Notes under the pieces: generated by a model
Seen by the model: only the letters and a program-made list of their open reading frames with translations
Told to the model about the DNA's origin: nothing
Database searches by the model: none
Assembly (NCBI GenBank): GCA_000091205.1
Contig: AP006493.2
Direction: 5' to 3' (one strand)
Length of the DNA: 64,000 bases
Source of the DNA: Cyanidioschyzon merolae
Lineage: Eukaryota
Part shown: positions 22,161 through 33,807 of the stretch, one piece after another
How the letters are laid out: each line of letters opens with the position of its first letter
How positions within the stretch are numbered: position 1 is the stretch's first letter
Position numbers and translations under genes: made by a program

Positions 22161-23069
22161 TTGCTTCTGCGAGGTGTGTACTCCGCTCGCGGCAGGTGTC
22201 CATTTGCAATCCGGACATTGATGGACATCATTGGAATGGAGCGCTCCCCAGCTGTGCGGCGAGCGTGCCTGCATCCGGGAGCGGCTCCTGCGCCGACGCA
22301 CACCAATTCTCGACGGGTCTTTTGCCTATTCATCAACTCTGAACATCTGTATCGCTCCGTTTTGCAACACCGCGTCCCTAAAAGCGCACACTGCTTCGTC
22401 GACGCATTGGGTACTGCTTCGTTTGCGGTCACGGTCATGTTTGTCTCTGGACTTCCTGGCTCAATTGGTGTTCGCTGTTTTTCTCCAAGAAGGGAGCACC
22501 TGAGGCAGTGCTGCACCGTACGACGCCTACAGTGCGCAGCACAGGACCTCGTCCAGCCGAATGAGGAGTTCGAGCTCGTGGTTTCCGATGAGCCGCTCGG
22601 ACCACCTGATTCCGCGGACGAGGAGGCCACACCTGTTGCAGCCTCTGGTCGTGGCACCGGCTCGGAAGCCGTCGCTCCCGGGGAGGGCGGGCGCACCCGT
22701 GGCGAGCGTCGCCGCTCCCTTCGCTCGAGTGCAAGCTGGGCAAACATTTTTGTTGCACCGTTCGGACGCAAGGGTACCGGTAGTAGGCCGCACTTGGACT
22801 TGCGTCCTCCTAGTGTACAGACTCGCGGGGCCTCCGACGTCATCACCTGTCCGGACTGCAAGGGCACGGGCTTGAGCATCTGCTACATTTGCAACGGTTC
22901 ACACTTTTACAAACCAAACGGTGAGGTGATTGAGTGCCCCGCTTGCCACGGCAAAGGGAGGCGAACCTGCATTCATTGTTACGGACAAGGCAAAGTTGCC
23001 GAACTCGGTGGTGACTGGTGGAAGTACGGCGTGTTAAACTGGTTCAAACGCCGTGGGAAGGGAATGTAG
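22161..23069 (+). CDS. DnaJ-type zinc-finger protein (CxxCxGxG repeats), BSD2-like; N-terminal boundary uncertain
   Basis: C-terminus CPDCKGTGLSICYICNGSHF...CPACHGKGRRTCIHCYGQGKV has four CxxC(x)G(x)G units. The antisense ORF 21854-22879 has no recognisable domain. Confidence 0.45.
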   Translation: MLLRGVYSARGRCPFAIRTLMDIIGMERSPAVRRACLHPGAAPAPTHTNSRRVFCLFINSEHLYRSVLQHRVPKSAHCFVDALGTASFAVTVMFVSGLPGSIGVRCFSPRREHLRQCCTVRRLQCAAQDLVQPNEEFELVVSDEPLGPPDSADEEATPVAASGRGTGSEAVAPGEGGRTRGERRRSLRSSASWANIFVAPFGRKGTGSRPHLDLRPPSVQTRGASDVITCPDCKGTGLSICYICNGSHFYKPNGEVIECPACHGKGRRTCIHCYGQGKVAELGGDWWKYGVLNWFKRRGKGM

Positions 23070-24098
23070 CACTCGCGGAGCAGTCGCTATAGAGACGCGG
23101 ATGGCACGGATACATCGAGAGAGCGCAAGAGAGCAAGAGGGCGCCCTGCGTTATTTGCGATCTTGTAGTCTAGACTCATGTGAGCGTCAAATAGAACAGG
23201 TCCACTTTGTTAACTCGGGCGTGCACGTTACACTCATGCCAGCGTAAAATGGAACAGGTTTCCACACACGGGCGTGCACTTTCGGGCAAGAGTGTCCTCG
23301 CATTGTTATCAACAATACCAACCTTTTGCCGCTCTTTTTTGTTCTACGACGGATTCTGTTTCCTCGCGCATTCCTCAGGCTTTCATTACGCCGGTCTCTT
23401 CTTCCGTACCGGTACCCTTGTCAGCCGTTCGTAGGTATTGACGATAGCGTTTGCGTCCTATTTCTCAGCACCCGGCTGCGATCGACGCATTCGATGCGAA
23501 GACGAAGAATGCGATATACGCTTTGCTAGCCATCTCAATTTTCTTCGTTCACTGGCTCCGTGCGCCCTGGGCAGCGGTGCTCGTTGACGGTGCAGAGGTG
23601 TTGCCAGCTTTTACGACATCCGCTCCACCAAGCGCCATCCTGTGGCACGTGAACGCCCGCTTCAACGCTCGGTGCATATGGGTGACGGGTGCAGAAGGCT
23701 CCATTTCATGCATGGATCCGCTTCGGCGCCCGGTGCCGTATCCTACGCCCACGGGCATCTTCATGCGGTTGCCGCTCGACGACTACGCTGTGTGCTGCAC
23801 GTGCAAGTGCAAGATGTTCCATTTGATAAATGACTTGTTGACCAAGATGTTGTCCGCGATGATACAAGCTCTGGAAAGAGCATCCAGACCGGCGAACAAG
23901 TGGACTCCCAGCCCACGAACCTGTTCTATGCAAACAGGAGAGATGCGAGCCACTGGAAGCGTATTGCTTGAAAGGGCGCATGCTGCTGCGGCATGCTGTT
24001 GTCTAACTCTAACAACCTGACCTGGAAGCGCGCACTACATCCGAAACCCTCCAAACGAACCCGATTCTAATCCTTGATTATTCCCGGAGCAAGGGCTC

Positions 24099-27000
24099 TC
24101 AGAGGTCGGTCCCGAGTCCCCGTCGCATTCGTACGATGCGCACCAGCCAGGGTGCAAGGGTGTTTTCGGTTACGGTGCTGTCGTCCGAGGCAACAACTGC
24201 CTCTAGAGGTGGGCATTCCACACTGTCCGCATCACCTGGAACTGGAATCCAGCGGGCACTGCACGTCGGCATGACAGCTGGATCGACAGTTGCTTGCACA
24301 CTTGCCTGCCCGTGGCTCTGAAATCGCAACATCACTTCGAGGCCGGGAACAAGCACCCGCGCCGGAACATCACTGTCAACGATCACGAAACAGGTGCCTG
24401 GAATGGGCCACTGCTGCCGGATTTCGACAAGTTCAGAAGCCTTGCGCAAGCGACGGCAAATGAGCTCGGCTTTTTCGGCGCGCACCACGGCTTGCAAACG
24501 GAAGCAAGGCTCTAGAATCTGCATCTTGGCATCAAGAAGCGCCCTATGCGCTGCCTGTCGAGCTAGGAGCACCAGGCGAGTTCGCATCCGATGCCAAGCG
24601 GACCAACATGGAGGTGGTGCTTCCCAGGCAGAGCTCCCGCAAATGCACTCGAGAGCACGCACGTGGTAACGAACCCCAACGACAGGACCTTGAAGAAGCG
24701 GACCCCGCCGACTCGCCAACCGAAGACCTTCCCAGAGGGCCTGGAGTGTCACCGGCAGCCCAGACGGCGCTGTTGTCCCATCCAGATCGGCTGCAAATTC
24801 CACTTCGAGCGCTTCTGGCTGCACAGCGGCCTCAGCAGGTAGACTCCGTCGCTCAAAACGAACGCTATTCGGCAGTGGATGCAGGGCATGCACAACTACC
24901 GGGTGAGGCCCCGCGTTCGGCTCTCCTGCCTGCTGAGCTGGAGCCCGGCGCGAAGCGTGCACCGGTTCCACGTAAAGCACGACTCGCGGCTGATGAAATG
25001 CCGCGTCCTCGTTGTCGCTCCATTCGTTGGGCTCGGGAGAGAAGAATTCGTCTTCCGAAACCAAGAATGACTTTGGCGACGACCACAACGCAGTCTGGTC
25101 GCTCCGCGTGCGTCCATCACGGCCTCGCAAGCCTACTTGCACTTTTGCTGCACCGGCTTGGATCGTTTCCCGTAACGCATCCACAAAGGGTACCGGATTT
25201 GTACGCAGGCAACGCCATACCAGACTCAAATGCCGTTGCACCAAATATCGACGAAGCTCATGAAGTATAACATCCAGATAGAGTTCCCCTGGGCCGTAAA
25301 CAACACCAGCAGTTGAAGCTGTTCGAAAACCGTGTGCTGCATCACCATGAACGCTACCGTTACCATCAAATCCTGTGGCGGGATGTGTTCGAACAATAAT
25401 TGCCAAAGCTTGGCGAAGCTGCTCAGCGCTCGCTGTGCTGGTGCTGTACTGCGCAACCAAATCTGCCGTCAAGCTCTCTGCAGTTCTGTGCACCTCCGGC
25501 AAACACGGTGCAAGCGCTATACCGTAGATAGGCATTGCGTGATAGCCCAGCGCTCTGTGCAAGCGATAAACGCACGCGTCCAGCGTCTTGGAGTACGGTC
25601 CATCGGAACAACGGAGGCCAAAGCAGTAGGTTCCGCGTGATGGCGGATAAACCCTGGGCAGAAGCACTAAACCGCCGGCGGCGACTTGCTCAACGTCGTA
25701 CCAGACGCGTCCGAAAGCCACCTGCAATTGCGTGATCATTGTTGTTGTTGTTGTTGTTGTTACCGACGACGGCTTGCATCGGTCAGCGCCCGGTTGAACT
25801 GCAAACAGCTGATCAGCGCGTAGCGGTCGTGCACCGCAAACACGGCCCACAGCAACGGTATCGGTGCCGTCCAGCGAACGCCAGTGTGTCGCTACCAGCA
25901 CAGTGGTCTCCGTCTCAGCGCAGTGCTCCGGGAACCATTTCGAGTGGCGACGACGACGGGTCAGCGTTCCAAACAACGCTGTTGGCGAGCCCAGTACCAT
26001 GTCGAAGACAACACGGAGAAGAGCCCATGGGCCTGAGTCTGCCGCCTGCTGGAGCATCTCCAGATCCGTAGGCGCCTCTCGCTGACTCGATGCTGCTTGA
26101 GGCTCGAAAGCACGCGGAGTTCCCAGAGCTTGCACATTGACCAGCAGCTGCTCCAGCGATCCGCTCCCAGACTCATGGGTCGCACATAGTGCAATCGTCT
26201 TGTAGAGAGGCTCCAGAACAAACTCAACAAATGATCGCTTTGCCGTGCCCAGCGTCCAGGCGACAGCGGCTTTGCGTAGAAACAAGCCGGTGGGCTTGTC
26301 GTAGACCCGGTCGCCCCAGAGCGAGGCAGCGAGTGTTCGTTTCCTCGCTCGGCGCTTCCGGAGCGCGCCCTGAACGCCACCGGTCCACGAACGTTCACGC
26401 TGCACCTCCAAAGCCGAACCATACCACTTCTCGACAATGTCCATGAGGCTGAACGCTATGTTCAGCTTTGCAGACGTGAATAGGACATTGGCATGTGGTG
26501 GCCTTGGGTCAAAGTACGGGACCTTCTGAGGCTGCAAACGTTCAATAAGGCTGTTGAGCGCATCGATGATGCCTTTCAACTTAAGGTACACGGCATCAGG
26601 CGGATACCGCAACTCAAGTATCAAGCGGTCGAGCTGCGTCAACACCAGGATCAGCGGAAGCGACATCTCCAGCGCCAAGGCGACGACTCGCTCTGTACCT
26701 AGCAGGACGCCTTCGGCACTGTCGACCACCAGAAGCACTGCATCTGCGAGCGTTGCACCCACCACAACCTGATCGAAGAAGTCTGCATGTCCGGGAGCAT
26801 CCATCAGCGTCACCAGTTGAGATACACCGTGCTCGTCTGGTACCCAGAGCGGCATGAAAGCAAGCTGAAGCGACATTCCTCGGGAGAGTTCGTCCCGACG
26901 CGTATCCGTCCAGCGCGGTTGTTGCTGGTGTCGCCGCGGGCCTATCATGTAACGGGTTGCTGCAGCCGGATGCAGCTGGTGACTTACCAACAAGTCGATG

Positions 27001-27425
27001 AGGCTTGTTTTTCCATGATGGTAGTGACCCGCAACCAGAATGTTCCAGATACGCTCGGGACCGGCGTGTTTCGCAAGATGCAAAAGGTACCTTCGCGACA
27101 CCTTGAAGCGCAGTGGTCGCGCCTGGACATAGAACCCAGCGTCGCTCGGTGCCTGATGTCGCTTTGGTGCTCGCGTGCGTACGCGAGTGAGTGCAGGGAT
27201 TGGTTCAGGGGTTTGTGTCTCTTGGATGCGGTGACGTTTGCGCAACCTTCGACGCGGAATCGCTAGCGGTAAGCCGGGTGTGGTTGCTGTAAGCGTCTCG
27301 ATAGCTGGCACACATTCGTCGGAAGCTACGGCCTCCAGAGCGTCAGAACGTCCGTGTCGTGCGCCACCATGAACCAGGATACTGCCGACCTCATCAGTTT
27401 CGCCACCACGAAACGCTGAACTCAT
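24099..27425 (-). CDS. Snu114/EFTUD2-like EF-2-family GTPase (U5 snRNP GTPase candidate), divergent G motifs and low-complexity insertions
   Basis: G1 NILVAGHYHHGKTSLIDLLV (EFTUD2 [20 protein letters not shown]). G3 LMDAPGHADF. G4 region LTQLDRLILELRYPPDAVYLKLKGIIDALNSLI (EFTUD2 [33 protein letters not shown]), with NKID replaced by TQLD. N-terminal extension of about 130 aa. Confidence 0.75.
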   Translation of the reverse strand: MSSAFRGGETDEVGSILVHGGARHGRSDALEAVASDECVPAIETLTATTPGLPLAIPRRRLRKRHRIQETQTPEPIPALTRVRTRAPKRHQAPSDAGFYVQARPLRFKVSRRYLLHLAKHAGPERIWNILVAGHYHHGKTSLIDLLVSHQLHPAAATRYMIGPRRHQQQPRWTDTRRDELSRGMSLQLAFMPLWVPDEHGVSQLVTLMDAPGHADFFDQVVVGATLADAVLLVVDSAEGVLLGTERVVALALEMSLPLILVLTQLDRLILELRYPPDAVYLKLKGIIDALNSLIERLQPQKVPYFDPRPPHANVLFTSAKLNIAFSLMDIVEKWYGSALEVQRERSWTGGVQGALRKRRARKRTLAASLWGDRVYDKPTGLFLRKAAVAWTLGTAKRSFVEFVLEPLYKTIALCATHESGSGSLEQLLVNVQALGTPRAFEPQAASSQREAPTDLEMLQQAADSGPWALLRVVFDMVLGSPTALFGTLTRRRRHSKWFPEHCAETETTVLVATHWRSLDGTDTVAVGRVCGARPLRADQLFAVQPGADRCKPSSVTTTTTTTMITQLQVAFGRVWYDVEQVAAGGLVLLPRVYPPSRGTYCFGLRCSDGPYSKTLDACVYRLHRALGYHAMPIYGIALAPCLPEVHRTAESLTADLVAQYSTSTASAEQLRQALAIIVRTHPATGFDGNGSVHGDAAHGFRTASTAGVVYGPGELYLDVILHELRRYLVQRHLSLVWRCLRTNPVPFVDALRETIQAGAAKVQVGLRGRDGRTRSDQTALWSSPKSFLVSEDEFFSPEPNEWSDNEDAAFHQPRVVLYVEPVHASRRAPAQQAGEPNAGPHPVVVHALHPLPNSVRFERRSLPAEAAVQPEALEVEFAADLDGTTAPSGLPVTLQALWEGLRLASRRGPLLQGPVVGVRYHVRALECICGSSAWEAPPPCWSAWHRMRTRLVLLARQAAHRALLDAKMQILEPCFRLQAVVRAEKAELICRRLRKASELVEIRQQWPIPGTCFVIVDSDVPARVLVPGLEVMLRFQSHGQASVQATVDPAVMPTCSARWIPVPGDADSVECPPLEAVVASDDSTVTENTLAPWLVRIVRMRRGLGTDL

Positions 27426-28139
27426 GAACCCTCTATCGGGTCTCGGTGTCTGTCAGCAGCGCTCGTGACGGGTACACACGTTGAAGCGTACGCTCCTCGA
27501 GGCTGAGGTCCCTCGCACACAGAACTAAAAAACGCTACCAATGGAGTTCCGGAACTGTTCCGCGGTCGACGGACGCTTGCGAAGCGCTAACCAAGTTCTT
27601 AAAGTTGAAAATGAACCAGCATGAGCGCTGTGAAACAACGGGAAGCCCACTGGCCAGCCCTGGACTCGAACGAAGCCTAAACGCTACCGCAAGCACGTCG
27701 ATGCAGTTCGATCGCTACAGAAGTCGCTCCCGTTAACCCCAAACTCGACGGTTACTGCTATCCAGCTGGACTTTCTTGCGTTGGCGCAACGTGAGCTGCC
27801 TCATGAAGCGCAGCGTTTTGATTGGAACAGTCATTTCGGGAACTCTTGGATCAGCGTCCGCTTCTTGTTTGTTTTTTTTGCTCGCTGGTATTCGATTACA
27901 GGAATGTATCTCTATAGATTGGAGAAAAAGTTGCGAGAATACTTAACGCTGTTATGGCGAGCGCATGGAAAGCGGCATGATTGGAACAAGTCCGGTATGC
28001 TAGGGTGACCATGGGGCTGAACCACGCTTCGTAATGCCCTAATCCTGAAAGTGATGCGCCCTGAACAGCGCTTGTACGACACAATCTACATCAAGCTGCC
28101 CTTATCAATCCATCGCATATCACAAGTTCACTAAGAAAT

Positions 28140-28440
28140 ACGATCAAAGAAGGCACAGGATGTGAAGTTTCCGTTCCGTTGATGCAAACGTCGATGAAGA
28201 GCCGCGGGTTGTCGACGAATCAAGCACGATTGTATGAAATACCGTCGCGCGTTGAACAGTACTCTGTCGATTTCGTCATGAGACAGGAACGCTTATTACA
28301 GAAGGAACAGCTTCCGTTTCACTCGATGGGACTTTATCCAGAAGAAATGGTAGACATGGACATGGGTACTCAAAGAGCGGCAGCACGCTGCTCGAAGAGA
28401 CGAGGCAATCGAGGATTCCGACGACATCTGCACGAGCTGC
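28140..28440 (+). repeat. Diverged dispersed repeat (family R2), copy 2; boundaries approximate
   Basis: See copy 1 at 17440-17760. Confidence 0.35.
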
Positions 28441-29036
28441 GATGCGATCGTGTGGTCGCCTCCAAGTCGCCAAAAGAACAGGATTGATCGAGGCCTTGTC
28501 GTTCCTCGAAGAACCCCTCGTGGCATGCCCTTCCCATATTCTTCCGTCTAGCGCTTAGACATCGTCGCGTTCCATCACTAAAAAACGATAAGAGAGCAAG
28601 CGACTGAGATTGACGCTGAGAAGCTCTGTGCCAGCGTATGCTCTCAGTTTCAGTGCAGTTGAAGGCGGCTTTACTGTTGTCTAACACGATTTCCATACGC
28701 ACTGACCCATAACGAGGTCTTTCGCGTCCGTAACACCGCTCTTTGACAACGTGTTCTTCGGCAGGTTTTCCTCTACATTCACCGCCCGTAAATTGCTTTG
28801 TTGCTTGACTGGACGTGGGCGGAAGGCAACGGAGAGGCGTGCTGGGGTTCATTGGCCTCTTGGCGATAGATTAGGTGATGGTAATGTACTTGACGAATCG
28901 TAGATACGTATGTGGAAAAATCGAGTTTCAGTGCCATCGTGCATTCGTATGCGTCAGAGTCGCTGGGAAAACAAACGTAGAGAGAGCCTAGCGGCCGTAA
29001 ATCTTCGATCCCGCCACATAAGTAAAGACGCGAAGA

Positions 29037-29478
29037 TTGAGCTAGTCTCTGAGAGCAAGTATGAGACGTTCAAGCTACCTCACGACGATACTTGGCGGAG
29101 ATCGTGCAAGGTGCCTGGGTCACGCGGTGGAGTAAATACGAAATCTCATGGACGATAAAGACTGGTAGAACCTCAAGATGTATGCACTCTGTGAGACCTC
29201 GGAGAGTGCCCAGCAACCAGGCACATTTTCAACCGATCAACAAGACGAGGAAAATCGAGCGCATTGCATAGCACTCAGTGTAGGCATTGCGCTGAAATGC
29301 TCCAGACATGCGATTCAAATGAGTTGCTAGAGCAGAGCCGCCACAGGCTTCGCGCCTCAAGCAGGACACTAGTAAAGAACGGTTCAGCAATCTAGAACAG
29401 CTCGAGCGTCGCGTACCTACTCCGGAAAGGGTTTCTTATGCGATAAGCAGTCGGCCATGGTGCTCCACGATTCTATAC
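29037..29478 (+). repeat. Left arm of a ~445-bp inverted repeat pair
   Basis: Reverse complement matches 37953-38395 with about 10 mismatches by eye, from gctagtctctgagagcaagtatgagacg to gtgctccacgattcta. Similarity ends abruptly on both sides. Confidence 0.85.
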
Positions 29479-29904
29479 GACTGAATGTAGCAGGGAAGCA
29501 CATGCTACCAGGGAAAGCTCCAAAGTCCAATGAAACGATCATTACGAGCGCTGCCGCGTTCGCTCAGAACATTTCCCAAACGTGGTTCGAATGAGCTGCC
29601 GCTCCCCCGTAGCTGACCCCAACAAGCCGTCCTCAGTTGCCGCGAGAGCAGGACCTCGCGCTCACGCAGATATATGTATGACAATCAAGATGAAGATGGA
29701 GCCTCTGAACCTGTCCAATTCAGACGCTCGTGAGAAATTCCAAGTCAGATGATAGCAAAGCGTTTTCCTTGGGATATGCAGCCGGTTCCATCATAGCACC
29801 AGCCGCTTCTTGCTCGCGAAACCGTGTAATCGTTGTTGAAGATACTGGTACACGCTAGATTGCGGCAGTTTGTATATACAAGTTCATACCAGTGCGCATG
29901 CTCA

Positions 29905-31968
29905 TCAACGATCGTTATCGTCGGCTCGAACAGGATCGATCCACCAGCGGCTCGCATTGTCTTTGCGATCCTCGATGTGAATCGCACCTAGTCGAAACAA
30001 AATATCATCGCGCAACATATCACTCAAACCGTAGAGTGCCTCGGTGGCCTTCTGCGTTGGCTGTGCTGTATCCTGCCGTAGCTGCTTTGCGAGGTTGCGA
30101 ATACGCATACGAAAGTCAACCAGTGCCGCGATAAACGCTGTCGGCACGCGTGATGCAGATGCCTGCGCGTTTGCACTTGAAACTCCCGGAATGCTCTGAA
30201 AGCCCAGGAGACGCAAGATACTCGCGAGGTACTCGCTAGCGACAAGCACTGCGTTGTGCTCTACAGCGTCCATGCGATCAAGGCGACGTCCGCTTTCGAA
30301 ACGATACAATTGGTTGGTGAATTCTACAAGAGCCCGCACAGCTCGCGGAAAGTCGAGGTCATCCGCAAAGGCTTCTGCGAGTGCCCGGTGACATCTCTGA
30401 GACCATTCCGCGAGTTGTGCTGGGACTTTGCGTCCGGTTGGATTCCTCGGAATCGCAGCTTGTGTATGACTCGAGCTAAAGACATCCGGCACTGCGTCAA
30501 CATCGGCAACATGTTCACCAGAAGCTACAGCGAACGACGGCTGCCAGTGCGTGCTCGGAATGTCTCCCTCTATGGATGCGTCCGCAGTTGCAATGGACTC
30601 TTGACCAGCGACACTGAGAGCTCTAGATGACTCTTTGCGAGACTGCGAACGCGCGTCATTGGCTATTCGAGCCAACCAGCCAGTCAGTCGATCCCAGATA
30701 CGTGCCGCCTGCAGTCGCTGCGTGTCACCGAACTCAACCGGAGTGCTGTGTCGATGCATTGCACAGAACATTCGAAATACGTCCGCTTCTCTGCGTATGC
30801 GCATCAAGTCATTCGGGCCTTGTTCGCTCCATCCCAAATAATCCCTAATGCGCCTGGAGTTGCCACGTGATTTGGCCATTTTCTCTCCTCGAATCAGGAG
30901 CGTGCCTGTGTGCATCCATTTTCGGCACCAGGGGCGTACCCGGTGATAACACTCGCTCAGATGCAATTCATTCTCATGATGAGGAAATCGCAAGTCCATA
31001 CCGCCGCTATGCAGGTCGAGATGTGTACCGAACACATGGGCACACATTGCGCTGCACTCAATGTGCCAACCTGGTCTGCCGTAACCAATGCGTTTCTGAT
31101 CATCATTGGCACCATCTGGTACGTAAAAAGGCCAACCAGGCTCCTCGTCCGTTGCTGAGACGGCCTTCCAGAGCGCAAAGTCAGCAGGATGGCGTTTGCC
31201 AGGGACGTTGTCGGCCGCTGGTGTGTTTGCGGCGGTTTCAGTGGCGGTACCGGCATGACTCGCGTCAAGCGCCCGACTGGCATCAAGAACGCCGTACCGA
31301 GACTGGACACGACTAGTATCAAAGCAAACGTCTCCTGATGTGGTTACATAGGCGTATTCCGTATCGAGTAGCCGCCTTGTAAAGGCGCAGATCACCGGTA
31401 TATGCTCGCTAACCCGCAGAATATGAAGCGGCCGCAGTACTCCAAGCAAGTCGAGATCTTCGAAGAAACGCTTTTCAAAAATAGCGGCAATTCTTGAACA
31501 CGTTTGTCCAATGGACTCGTTCGGTAGTCGTTGCTGGCGAGCCCGCTCGATGATCTTATCATCGACATCCGTCACACTCATTGCAGTTATTGGCAAACAC
31601 TGGTACCATTCCCGGATGACACGACGCACCATATCGAAGGTAACATAGGTTCGAGCGTGTCCTAAGTGAGCGTCATCGTATACAGTCGGGCCGCACTGAT
31701 ACCAGTAGAGCGGTTCACCGAGAGCTGGCAGCCACTGCAGGCGTCGCTCACCTGGCAGCGTGGATGCCGCGCTCGTGCCAAGTGGGGTGTTTGTCGGGCT
31801 GAAGCGCCGCACCAACGTCAAGTGGTACGGCTTTCGATGCCACAGGCGGGGAACTCGCACACGGGGCATTGCTCGTAAGCAGATGACGACGACGACGACG
31901 ACGCGGGAACGGCTTCCAGCGTGAAGCTCACTCCGCCTGAGCGCCGTTGCCAGCCTCGACGAATGCAA
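29905..31968 (-). CDS. Cysteinyl-tRNA synthetase (class I) with an N-terminal extension
   Basis: HIGH region WYQCGPTVYDDAHLGHARTYVTFDMVRRV. Zinc/Cys-binding GWHIECSAM. KMSKS as KMAKSRGN. N-terminal ~90 aa are R/S-rich and include VVVVVV encoded by a (GAC)n repeat at 31889-31909. Confidence 0.9.
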   Translation of the reverse strand: MHSSRLATALRRSELHAGSRSRVVVVVVICLRAMPRVRVPRLWHRKPYHLTLVRRFSPTNTPLGTSAASTLPGERRLQWLPALGEPLYWYQCGPTVYDDAHLGHARTYVTFDMVRRVIREWYQCLPITAMSVTDVDDKIIERARQQRLPNESIGQTCSRIAAIFEKRFFEDLDLLGVLRPLHILRVSEHIPVICAFTRRLLDTEYAYVTTSGDVCFDTSRVQSRYGVLDASRALDASHAGTATETAANTPAADNVPGKRHPADFALWKAVSATDEEPGWPFYVPDGANDDQKRIGYGRPGWHIECSAMCAHVFGTHLDLHSGGMDLRFPHHENELHLSECYHRVRPWCRKWMHTGTLLIRGEKMAKSRGNSRRIRDYLGWSEQGPNDLMRIRREADVFRMFCAMHRHSTPVEFGDTQRLQAARIWDRLTGWLARIANDARSQSRKESSRALSVAGQESIATADASIEGDIPSTHWQPSFAVASGEHVADVDAVPDVFSSSHTQAAIPRNPTGRKVPAQLAEWSQRCHRALAEAFADDLDFPRAVRALVEFTNQLYRFESGRRLDRMDAVEHNAVLVASEYLASILRLLGFQSIPGVSSANAQASASRVPTAFIAALVDFRMRIRNLAKQLRQDTAQPTQKATEALYGLSDMLRDDILFRLGAIHIEDRKDNASRWWIDPVRADDNDR
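31889..31909. repeat. (GAC)7 microsatellite, in-frame within the CysRS N-terminal extension (poly-Val on the minus strand)
   Basis: gacgacgacgacgacgacgac. Confidence 0.8.
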
Positions 31969-32289
31969 CGAGCAACCAGGAGCGCGACCTCTGCAACTAG
32001 AGAAACACGAGCTTTTAACGTTTCAACGGCAGAATATGAACATAAGCAGCGTGAATGTGAGTGTTAGGCAGTACAAGTCTGTGTGCTCGCAGAGACAGCC
32101 TCAGCTGAAACAGCGCCTTTGAATAAGCAGGTAAGTTGCATCTCATCAACGCGTCGTATCTGCGAAGTCTCATCCGGCGATGTACACCTGGTTCATCGTA
32201 TCCTTCGGCAGCGTTCTTGTTATCGCCAGTGCATAATCCATCTAAACAGATATTTTAGTCAATGGGTTCCCCACCTGGGCACATGCAGT

Positions 32290-33761
32290 AGTCATTGTAT
32301 ATGTCATTCTCATGCGTTTTTTACTTCCATCTGCGACATGTATCGTCTTTCAACTTAGTTTCGCGTCAACCCCCGCTGCAGTATACAGCAGGAGATCGGT
32401 ATCGGGATGCAATGTATCTTAGCGGTCCAATATGCGTCGTCTATCGCATATATCCTTTACGGAACAGTACCGGAATGACTGCATTCCTTATTCAGGTCAG
32501 TCATACCTCAATATTCTTATGATTGAGGAACACCTATAGAAACAAGTACATGCTTCTCATGTCAAAACCGATATTCTCATAGCTTGCTTGCGGTCTCTGG
32601 TATATAAACGACTCGTTGATCACCGTGCGGAAAACAAAAGCGACGATCGTAGCCACTAAAGGCGTCTCTGTTTCTCAACAGTACGTTCGCGTGGTCCTGA
32701 AAACACTGGGGTACAGTTGCAAAAAAGGGTTCTAGTTCTTGCACAGCCATCCCTAACCGAAATCGGTACTACTGCAGTATTCTTGGAACGTCACGATCGT
32801 TCTGAAGAAGAGAAGATTCGGTTTATTTTTCAGTCGACGAGACCTTCTTCGAACGAGACAGTTGGAGCTTGTATGGGTATTCGCGGAGTAGGAAGCCCGT
32901 TCTACGTACAATCGAGCTCGACGAGAACGACGGCATTCTCTGTTCTAGCTGTAGTGAGCTCATTTGGCCGCCTCAGTTTCGCTAGTAGAGAAGGCTCATA
33001 CACCAGCATCAACCCCTTTGTCGCATCATTGAAGACTTTTCCCCGACGCTCGGCGACGTCCTCTCACAGGACACCGTGCATTTGAGAATTCTCGTTGCGT
33101 TCGAGCGTTCACCGATGGTATCGGGGCAGAGCTGCGTATCATGCCCCCGTACATGCCGTGCTTCATTCCTATCAAAGGAGTCTTTTCGATCGTTGCATTT
33201 CATGATAGCTGCACTCTTCGATTCGCTGAAGCGTTCAGCACACAATGCCACACTAGGGCGCATTTCGTGTTTCTTCCGCACGTTCATCTACCTCAGGGAA
33301 CGTCCTCACCTAAGGCCATAACAGAGAACGTTTATTTCCAAATAAAAAAATCCAAGGAACGAGTTAGAGTGTGCACCTCAGAAAGTCGACATGGAGAGAA
33401 GGCCGCCGAACGCTTCGGGGATAGAAAAGCACAGAGAGCTGACACAGTCGCAAATGCCCCAGAGGGCCCGAGTTCGAGGATTCCTTTCATCGGAGCGTTC
33501 CACCAGCTGCAATGAATGCATCAAGTTCGTGAACCGAGACTTGTAGCTGCTTTCAATATCAGACGATATGCGGTGCTGAAGACGAGGCCCGTAGAGCTGA
33601 CGAGATACAAATCTATGGAGCAGCTTCTCATGCTCGAAGCTAACAAGGAGAAGCCCAAACAGATAGCAAACGGCCAGTCCAAAATGACGCGGGGGTGTCT
33701 GTACGTCGGTATTCATTTACTACCCACCATCGTAGGATGATCATTCGTTTTATCGATGACG
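32290..33761 (+). mobile_element. Fanzor/TnpB-like element copy C, an internally deleted (non-autonomous-like) derivative that keeps the leader and the 3' part
   Basis: 32290-33000 aligns to the copy B leader (51610-52330). 33170-33761 aligns to copy A 2230-2945, including a RuvC-III remnant KFVNRDL / VAAFNIRR split by a frameshift at 33523-33570. About 1.4 kb of the nuclease core is missing. Ends ...tatcgatga at 33759. Confidence 0.55.
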
Positions 33762-33807
33762 TTCTTCGCCGCCAGAAAACCTCTGCCTCTGTTGCCGTCC
33801 AGTGGCG

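Noticed and set aside
21854-22879. 341-aa minus-strand ORF overlapping the DnaJ-type zinc-finger gene
   Set aside because: It has no recognisable domain. The plus-strand frame carries a clear CxxCxGxG zinc-finger domain at its C-terminus. Neither N-terminus can be resolved without expression data, so I kept only the plus-strand call, at low confidence.
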